Positions 27,144 through 32,610 of a stretch of DNA of 32,610 bases are shown piece by piece. A program made the translations under genes and the position numbers. Under the pieces are notes generated by a model. That model worked only from the letters and a program-made list of their open reading frames with translations. It was not told the DNA's origin and ran no database searches. Origin of the DNA: a virus (lineage: Duplodnaviria > Caudoviricetes); IMG/VR virus record IMGVR_UViG_3300049859_000114, positions 1-32,610 of that record; one strand, given 5' to 3'. Every line of letters begins with the position of its first letter. The first letter of the stretch is position 1.

Positions 27144-27469
27144 GCGAACCCGACGCTGACACCCTCATGTGCCGGGCGGCGAAGAACCGCCGCATCGTCC
27201 GACTCGCAGACGGCCGATCAGGCCGCCTGTTCTACTGGCCCGGCTCGAAGCGCACCCGTGGTGGTGGGCGGCGAGCGAAGATCATGCTCCCCTCGGGGGC
27301 GTACATCGTCGTCGACTTGACGGCGGTGCTCGAAGTCATGGAGGACGAAGATGCTGGAGAGACGATGGACATGCCGGGAGTGCGGAGCGACCGGGACCGC
27401 CGGGCGCTCGGGCCCGACCCCGATCCGGTGCTCGGCGTGCCGCAAGGCGAGGGAGAAGGCCGCCCGTGA
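27140..27469 (+). CDS. Hypothetical protein, ~109 aa
   Basis: GGGGAG RBS, GTG 27140; the C-terminal third overlaps the next ORF. Confidence 0.55.
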   Translation: MSEPDADTLMCRAAKNRRIVRLADGRSGRLFYWPGSKRTRGGGRRAKIMLPSGAYIVVDLTAVLEVMEDEDAGETMDMPGVRSDRDRRALGPDPDPVLGVPQGEGEGRP

Positions 27470-27599
27470 CCCGCAGAAGGCCGCCGTCATCGGCGCCCGG
27501 GTGAAGCGGCGGAACACGCTGGCCGCCCGATGGGTGCGAGCCAACCGGCCCGACGTGTGGGACGAGATCGTCGACGACGCGGCGAACTGGCGGGGCTAG
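27351..27599 (+). CDS. Small Zn-finger protein (CxxC...CxxC), 82 aa
   Basis: GGAGG RBS; CRECG...CSACR followed by a basic helix. Confidence 0.65.
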   Translation: MLERRWTCRECGATGTAGRSGPTPIRCSACRKAREKAARDPQKAAVIGARVKRRNTLAARWVRANRPDVWDEIVDDAANWRG

Positions 27600-28315
27600 C
27601 CGGCCTGCGCCTTGCGCGCCTCGCGCTCGCGGTGGGCGACCGCCCGCTTGTGCAGCCGGTACAGGCTGCCCAGCCCGAACGGGCGGAACCGCTCGGTGAA
27701 CTCGACCTGGATCGCCCGCCACGTCTTGCCCTCGTCGCGCGCCTGGATCACGAAGTCGTACATCTCCAGGCCCTCGACAGTGAGGTAGGCCATGTGCTCT
27801 TTCGGGACGTACACCCGCTCGATCGGCGTCGAACCGGTGTCCCAGCCTTCCCGCTCCCGCTTGCGCTTGCGCCCGGCATCCAGGCGCAGGCGGATGATCG
27901 CCCGCTCGTACTCGTTGACGGCGCCGAGTACCTGGCGGATCAGCTTGCGCGAAGGGTCTTTCGGGTCGTCGATCTGGAGCACGATCGCCTCCGACTCCAC
28001 GCACGAGACGACCTTCGCCCCCTTCGTCCACACCTGCCCGAGCAGCGTCTCCTGTGCGATCAGGTCGCGGGCGAGGCGGTCAAGCCGGGCGACGACGAGC
28101 GTGTCGCCAGGCTCCAGGTCGTTGATCGCGTTGCCGAGCTCGTAGCGGGCAGACAGATCGGCCCGCCCCGACACCGCCTCGGTGTACCAGCGGGCGATCC
28201 GCCGGCCCTTGGCCGCGGCCCACGCCTCGATCGCCGCCTGCTGTATCTCCAGCCCTTCACCGTGCTCGGCCTGCGTGTCGAGCGAGACCCGTGTGTAGCC
28301 GACGATCTGGCCCAT
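27596..28315 (-). CDS. Small serine recombinase (resolvase/invertase family), 239 aa
   Basis: GYTRVS catalytic Ser motif, EAVSG, LVVARLDRLARD, EYERAIIRLR helix E; GAAAGGA RBS; too short to be a large serine integrase. Confidence 0.92.
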   Translation of the reverse strand: MGQIVGYTRVSLDTQAEHGEGLEIQQAAIEAWAAAKGRRIARWYTEAVSGRADLSARYELGNAINDLEPGDTLVVARLDRLARDLIAQETLLGQVWTKGAKVVSCVESEAIVLQIDDPKDPSRKLIRQVLGAVNEYERAIIRLRLDAGRKRKREREGWDTGSTPIERVYVPKEHMAYLTVEGLEMYDFVIQARDEGKTWRAIQVEFTERFRPFGLGSLYRLHKRAVAHREREARKAQAG

Positions 28316-28369
28316 GATGCGTCCTTTCCGTCATGACGAAATGCGAGGGGGTACTCAGGGTGCGGGCGA

Positions 28370-28591
28370 TCACCCGCGATGCCACCACGCCCGCCAGCCG
28401 GGGGCGTCGTCGAGCTGCGGCGGTGGTGGCTGGCGCAGCGAGACGAACCGCACGGGCGGCGGGCAGGGGCGGATGATGCTGTCGTCGTCGAGCTCGGCGA
28501 GGCGGGCCCGGTGGTGGCTGACGGCGTAGCGGATCGACTCGATCGCACGGGCGCTCATGACGGCGATCGCGTCCAGGTCGGGCTCGATCAT
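28370..28591 (-). CDS. Hypothetical protein, 73 aa
   Basis: ATG 28591 (MIEPDLDAIAV...) in frame with track ORF 28370..28774; coupled to the upstream stop. Confidence 0.5.
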   Translation of the reverse strand: MIEPDLDAIAVMSARAIESIRYAVSHHRARLAELDDDSIIRPCPPPVRFVSLRQPPPPQLDDAPGWRAWWHRG

Positions 28592-28704
28592 CGCCGCCTC
28601 GCCTTGCGGTACACCCACTGGACGAAGGCGCACACGCAGGCGATGCCCACGATCGCCCACGTCAGCGGGTCGAAGGTGATCCAAGGGGTGATGTAGCCGC
28701 TCAT
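28588..28704 (-). CDS. Small membrane peptide, 38 aa (not in track)
   Basis: MSGYITPWITFDPLTWAIVGIACVCAFVQWVYRKARRR*; GGGAGGG RBS; ATGA overlaps at both ends. Confidence 0.55.
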   Translation of the reverse strand: MSGYITPWITFDPLTWAIVGIACVCAFVQWVYRKARRR

Positions 28705-28982
28705 GCCCATCCCTCCCGGTGGGTGCGCCGGCCGAAGTCGGTGCGGGCGGCATCTTCCGCCGTCCCCGGGTCATCGGCGCGGAAGTAGTTGCCCTCGAAG
28801 GCGTCCCATTCTCCGCCGGTCCAGGCGATCCGCCAGGTCACCCACTCGGCCCGGTCGATCATCTTCGCCAGCACCCAGCCAAGGACCGGATGCTCACCCT
28901 GACGCCCTGGGTACAGGCGCCAGTCGAGCACATGGACCCCGAGCTCGGGCAGGGTGGGCGGCATCGTGACGATGTGCGTCAT
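28701..28982 (-). CDS. Hypothetical Trp-rich protein, 93 aa
   Basis: GAGGAG RBS, ATG 28982 (MTHIVTMPP...); EWVTW...GNYF pattern. Confidence 0.6.
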   Translation of the reverse strand: MTHIVTMPPTLPELGVHVLDWRLYPGRQGEHPVLGWVLAKMIDRAEWVTWRIAWTGGEWDAFEGNYFRADDPGTAEDAARTDFGRRTHREGWA

Positions 28983-28993
28983 GGTCTCTCCTC

Positions 28994-29887
28994 TCACAGC
29001 GGCACGAGCCGCACGACTTGGCCGGACCCGAGCACGGCGATCTGCTCGCCGGCCTCGTTGCGCCCGACAACCACGATCACCGTGCGGCCGAACCGTTCGA
29101 CGGTCTCGGTGGTCCGGGTCGGCAGCGGGTAGGTGATGATGTTCGGCTCGAACACGCTCTCGTCTGCCGGGACGATCGGCGGCGACACCCGCGGAGGCTC
29201 GGGCTCGGGCGGCGCCGGCTTCGCGGGCGATCGGCGTGTCTCGGGCGGGGGCTTCGTGATGAGCGAGGCGTCGTAGCCGTACGTCGGCGGATGCTTGCGC
29301 CCAGCGCCGGCCTCCAGCACGACCAGCCCCGACCACTCCGGGTGCATGGCGGCCTTGCGCAGCGCCGCACTCACAGCCTGGCGATCGGCGGCCATGTCGA
29401 GCGCCACGCAGATGTCGTCCAAGGTGAACGGTTCACCGTGCGCCTCCGCCCACGCCAGCAGGCGCTCCAGACGGGGTGCGCCCGGGCCGGAACCCCAACG
29501 GGGCAGCTTGGCGGGACGTGCGAACTCAGCGGCGGCGGGCATGACGGGCTCCTCCTGGGGTGGTGGTGGTGGTGGTGGTGGTGCTTCAACGGCTGCGGCC
29601 CGGCGGCGACGCTCGGTCTCGGCCGGTGGTGTCCCGTTCAGGAACTCCAGCGGGCCGAGGCCGAGGATCGCGGCGGCCTGCTCAACGGTGGTGAAGATCA
29701 CTTCCTCGCTCGGGCGGCCAGGCGCCCGCAGCGTCACGGTGCCGGCGTGATCGGGGTGCTGGTACTGCCAGTGTCCGCCACTCGCGCCGGAGACGACGAA
29801 CCCCCATCGCCGCAGGATCGCCTCCAGGTCGCGGGCGGTGGCGTTCACGCGGTTGCCTCGCACCTTGCGGTACTTGAGGTTGCTCAC
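28994..29887 (-). CDS. HicA-like N-terminal domain fused via poly-Pro linker to a probable winged-helix domain, 297 aa
   Basis: GTG 29887 with AAGGGGG RBS. ARDLEAILRRWGFVVSGASGGHWQYQHPD resembles HicA (GF...GSH..Y.HP); later GEPFTLDDICVALDM...VSAALRK is HTH-like. Confidence 0.6.
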   Translation of the reverse strand: MSNLKYRKVRGNRVNATARDLEAILRRWGFVVSGASGGHWQYQHPDHAGTVTLRAPGRPSEEVIFTTVEQAAAILGLGPLEFLNGTPPAETERRRRAAAVEAPPPPPPPPQEEPVMPAAAEFARPAKLPRWGSGPGAPRLERLLAWAEAHGEPFTLDDICVALDMAADRQAVSAALRKAAMHPEWSGLVVLEAGAGRKHPPTYGYDASLITKPPPETRRSPAKPAPPEPEPPRVSPPIVPADESVFEPNIITYPLPTRTTETVERFGRTVIVVVGRNEAGEQIAVLGSGQVVRLVPL

Positions 29888-30177
29888 TGTTCCCCCTTCC
29901 GGCCGTACACGGCGGCCGCGAGGGCCATCCGGTAGTGGTGCAGGGTGACGTACGCCTCGCGGGCCGAGGCGCCGAGGTAGTCGGAGAGATGGCCGCCGAA
30001 CGGGGCGTACAGCCCGCCCGATTCGTCGCGGTGCTCGAACAGCCTCCATGCTCGGCCATAGGTGGGCGAGCCTCGCTCGATGACGAGGCGCCCGTGTTCG
30101 ATGCCGAGTTCGTCGGCGAGCGCGATGACGTGGCCGAGAACCTGCTCGACCTGACGTGGCGTGATTCGGTCGCTCAC
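29884..30177 (-). CDS. Hypothetical protein, 97 aa
   Basis: GGGAG RBS; GTGA coupling at both ends. Confidence 0.65.
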   Translation of the reverse strand: MSDRITPRQVEQVLGHVIALADELGIEHGRLVIERGSPTYGRAWRLFEHRDESGGLYAPFGGHLSDYLGASAREAYVTLHHYRMALAAAVYGRKGEQ

Positions 30178-30392
30178 GATTCGCTCCCTTCGGAGGGGTG
30201 GTGGTGGTGCTTCAACGGCCGAGCGTGGTGCGTCGCTATGTGCAGCAGTCTCCAGTCATGCTCGGAGTGCTTCGGCGGCTCGCACGCTTGCGCGGCGATG
30301 TCGGCCTCTAGGTCCGCGAGCGCGGCGAGAAGCGCGTCCTCGTCGCCGGCCTCGACCTCGACTTGCACCACGATGACGTAGTTGCGGATCAC
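30174..30392 (-). CDS. Hypothetical protein, 72 aa
   Basis: GGGAGGG RBS, GTG 30392 (MIRNYVIVVQVEV...), in frame with track ORF 30174..30674. Confidence 0.55.
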   Translation of the reverse strand: MIRNYVIVVQVEVEAGDEDALLAALADLEADIAAQACEPPKHSEHDWRLLHIATHHARPLKHHHHPSEGSES

Positions 30393-30643
30393 GATGCCCT
30401 CCCTTCGCGCTCGGCGAGGGTCAACTCGTCGACCATCCAGGCGACATGGTCCTGGCCGTCCATCTGTAGGTGCCAGAGTTGCTCGGCCAACCGTTCGACG
30501 CGGTCGTCGTCGATGGTGCCGGCGGGGATGCCGAGCGTGGCGATCGCGGCGGCGACAAGGTCGCTGGCCGATGCCTTCGGGCCGATCGTCGCCCAGGCGT
30601 GCAGCACCTCCCGGTGCTGGATTGTTGCAAGGCTGCTGGTCAT
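30389..30643 (-). CDS. Hypothetical protein, 84 aa
   Basis: GAAAGGA RBS before ATG 30643. Confidence 0.65.
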   Translation of the reverse strand: MTSSLATIQHREVLHAWATIGPKASASDLVAAAIATLGIPAGTIDDDRVERLAEQLWHLQMDGQDHVAWMVDELTLAEREGRAS

Positions 30644-30654
30644 GGCTGGTCCTT

Positions 30655-31182
30655 TCAGAACTGGCGGGTGTCAAAGGTGTCGGCGGTGCCGAGGGTGAGG
30701 GCGAAGGTGCCGTCCTCGTCGGGGTGCGTGAGGCGGTCGACGTTCAGGAACCACGACCCGTCGTGGTCCTCGACCACGACCTGCGTCGTGTCGGGGAGCA
30801 TCGCGGTGAGGCGGCGGAACTCACCGAGGGTGAGCGGGCCGTCGATCACGTCGTCATGGCTCCGGGGCCAGGGCTGTTCCGGTGCGGGGAGCGTGCTGGT
30901 GTCCATGCTGGTGTCCTCTCTCGTCGCGGTCAGGCGCCACCGGGCGCCGCCGAGGTTGGAGCCGCACCCCTCGCAGGCGGCCCGGGTGAACGTGGTGTAG
31001 CCCTCGTCCGTCTCAGCATCGACGTCATCCTCGACGTCGATGCCGGCCAGCAAGGTGAGGGGCTCGCAATCGGCGGGGATGTTGTCCTGGTCGCCGGAGT
31101 ACCAGCGCCCATCGACGAGGCGGGCGCCGTAGTGGTGGGCGAAGTAGCAGTCCGTGCAGACATCGAATGACGAGCGGGTCAT
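30655..31182 (-). CDS. Hypothetical protein, 175 aa, N-terminal CxxC...CxxC domain (possible fusion of two genes)
   Basis: ATG 31182 overlaps the upstream stop; CTDC and CEGC pairs; internal GAGGA+ATG at 30906. Confidence 0.6.
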   Translation of the reverse strand: MTRSSFDVCTDCYFAHHYGARLVDGRWYSGDQDNIPADCEPLTLLAGIDVEDDVDAETDEGYTTFTRAACEGCGSNLGGARWRLTATREDTSMDTSTLPAPEQPWPRSHDDVIDGPLTLGEFRRLTAMLPDTTQVVVEDHDGSWFLNVDRLTHPDEDGTFALTLGTADTFDTRQF

Positions 31183-31736
31183 GTCGTCACCTTCCTCAGT
31201 GAGCGCCGCACCGCATCCGGCAGGCGCGTGGCGAACAGTCCAGCGTCGACCGAGCGGGCGACGGCGACGTCGTACGGAATGACGATCGGCTCGTGGCCGA
31301 GGCAGGCGGCGACGTCGCGCGGTTGCAGCGCCCGACCTTCCTCCAGCACGAGCACGAGGCGATCGACGCGCCCACCCGAGGTGACCAGCCGGCGCAGGGC
31401 GAGGTAGTCGGCCCGGAGCACGCACACACTGAACGAGTTGGTGTCGGCCGGCGGACGTGTCCCGTTGTCGACGACGACGACGTCGAACGTGCGGGTCGGC
31501 GTCGTTGGTGAGCAGGGCTCGCCAGGCTGGCGGTCAAGCACGACCAGGCGGCCGGCGGTGGCCTCGCCGCCCGGGGCGATCGACATGCCCAGGATCGGGG
31601 CGATGTCACCACCACCGCGATCGACGAGGCAGACACCGGCCGATTCGGCGGCGATCAGGGCGATCGCGGCCGCAACGGTGCTGGTGCCCACCCCCCCCTT
31701 CGGGCTCCACACTGTGATCTTCCTTGAGGTTGCCAT
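31179..31736 (-). CDS. Compact ParA/MinD/CpaE-like P-loop protein, 185 aa
   Basis: GAGAGGA RBS, ATG 31736. ITVWSPKGGVGTST (deviant Walker A with Thr in place of the second Lys), CLVD, FDVVVVD (Walker B), IPYD..V..SVDAG. Confidence 0.8.
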   Translation of the reverse strand: MATSRKITVWSPKGGVGTSTVAAAIALIAAESAGVCLVDRGGGDIAPILGMSIAPGGEATAGRLVVLDRQPGEPCSPTTPTRTFDVVVVDNGTRPPADTNSFSVCVLRADYLALRRLVTSGGRVDRLVLVLEEGRALQPRDVAACLGHEPIVIPYDVAVARSVDAGLFATRLPDAVRRSLRKVTT

Positions 31737-31960
31737 CTCGGTTCCTCTCCCATCGTGGCGGGGGTGGTCCCCCACCACCCATGAATCTATCCGCAACCCT
31801 TTCCAAACGACAACACCTCCCGGTGGTGGCGGTGGTGGCGGCGCTTCAGGCCCCGGGGCCCGGGGGCCGCCGGCTCGACCTTTGCACTGAGCAGCTATTG
31901 CGAGCGCAAGGGTTCACGGACGGTGGGAGCTCGAGCGCCGAGAGTGGTGGTCGACCGCGG

Positions 31961-32161
31961 AACGTGAGCCCCGAGCCCGAGGCCCAGCCCGAAGGCCGGA
32001 CCTCCGACGACCAGCCCGAGCACCAGCCCGAGGCCGGACCTCGACGACCTCGACGACCAGCCCGAGGCCCAGCCCGAGCACCAGCCCGAGCACCAGCCCG
32101 AGGCCGGCGCGCCGTAAGTAGGTATGGCCCCGAGGCCCGAGCACCAGCCCGGGCTCACGTT
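31961..32161. repeat. Short direct-repeat array bounded by an 11-bp inverted repeat
   Basis: About eight copies of CCAGCCCGA(G) and two of GGCCGGACCTC(C)GACGA between AACGTGAGCCC (31961-31971) and GGGCTCACGTT (32151-32161). Confidence 0.85.
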
Positions 32162-32301
32162 TCCACGCTTAGTGGCGCAGCTGCCGCTCACAGTGAAGGT
32201 TTGCGATCGCGTGACGACATCACCACCAACCCGCACGCAACCCCTCCCAGGCGTACCCTGTCCCCGGGGCCCACCGGGGCCCACCACGAAAGGACCAGGC
32301 C

Positions 32302-32610
32302 ATGACCACCACCGAGACACTCACCCACCAAGGATGGAGGATCACGCTCCACCAAGACCCCGTCACACACCTCTGGCACGCCGCCTGGCAGCCCGAGGAC
32401 GTCGAGACCGACGACTGGAGCCCCTGCGCCCCCCAGCCCACCCGAGATCTCGCCCTGATCGAGACCGGGAGCAGCATCCGCGCCTTCCTCGACTGGGCCG
32501 ACGAGCAGGTCAGAACCACGAAGGTCCTCGCGATGCTCGGCCTCCCGCCCGACGCCTCACCACGAGACGAGGTCGTGGCCGCTGGGGACTGGGTCGGTGT
32601 GGGTCATTGG
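32302..32610 (+). CDS. Hypothetical protein, 5' part (runs off the window)
   Basis: GAAAGGA RBS, ATG 32302, MTTTETLTHQGWRITLHQDPVTHLW... open to the end. Confidence 0.65.
   Translation, partial: MTTTETLTHQGWRITLHQDPVTHLWHAAWQPEDVETDDWSPCAPQPTRDLALIETGSSIRAFLDWADEQVRTTKVLAMLGLPPDASPRDEVVAAGDWVGVGHW

Larger units (their letters stand above)
1..32610. mobile_element. Bacteriophage/prophage genome segment, podovirus-like, Actinomycetota host
   Basis: Scaffold+major capsid, tail, lysis, annealase/RusA/WhiB modules run across the whole window with overlapping stop/start codons; no host housekeeping genes; no attachment site or boundary seen. Confidence 0.95.

Noticed and set aside
27596-28315. 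Phage integrase
   Set aside because: Lacks the recombinase and zinc-ribbon domains of large serine integrases; no att site seen.
31691-31698. C8/G8 homopolymer as a phase-variation tract in the ATPase gene
   Set aside because: Explained by Lys-Gly-Gly-Val codons of the Walker A motif; frame intact; no read data.
31961-32161. Possible CRISPR array or MITE
   Set aside because: Units are ~10-13 nt without unique ~30-nt spacers, no cas genes are present, and no target-site duplication or transposase is evident.
31724-32320. ORFs 31724..32305 (+) and 31895..32320 (-) across the repeat array
   Set aside because: Low-complexity translations of the DNA repeats with no convincing RBS.

Overview
GC-rich, gene-dense fragment of a bacteriophage (or prophage) infecting an Actinomycetota host. 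Host evidence is a WhiB-family regulator, an r1t-type holin and TANNNT leaderless promoters. The architecture is podovirus-like. On the + strand (1-23978): four probable internal virion/ejection proteins (one of 1715 aa), a five-gene cassette of beta-rich appendage-like proteins, a structured leader, scaffold, N4-gp56-like major capsid protein, a GT4 glycosyltransferase, adaptor- and nozzle-like tail proteins, a tail fibre, an amidase endolysin and a holin. Next come a divergent FkbM methyltransferase and a + strand recombination/regulation block (Rad52/Sak-like annealase, RusA, WhiB). A - strand accessory block follows (serine resolvase, HicA-like fusion, degenerate ParA/CpaE-like ATPase), then an inverted-repeat-bounded short-repeat array. 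No terminase, portal, polymerase, tape measure, tRNA or CRISPR is visible. The most interesting signals are (i) a small domain present as a stand-alone gene after the capsid gene, as the C-terminus of a 766-aa fibre-like protein and perhaps on the glycosyltransferase, suggesting a shared capsid-docking tag, (ii) a probable tandem-pseudoknot leader covering the scaffold RBS, and (iii) an internal start in the endolysin. All calls are by-eye motif recognition; no searches were run.
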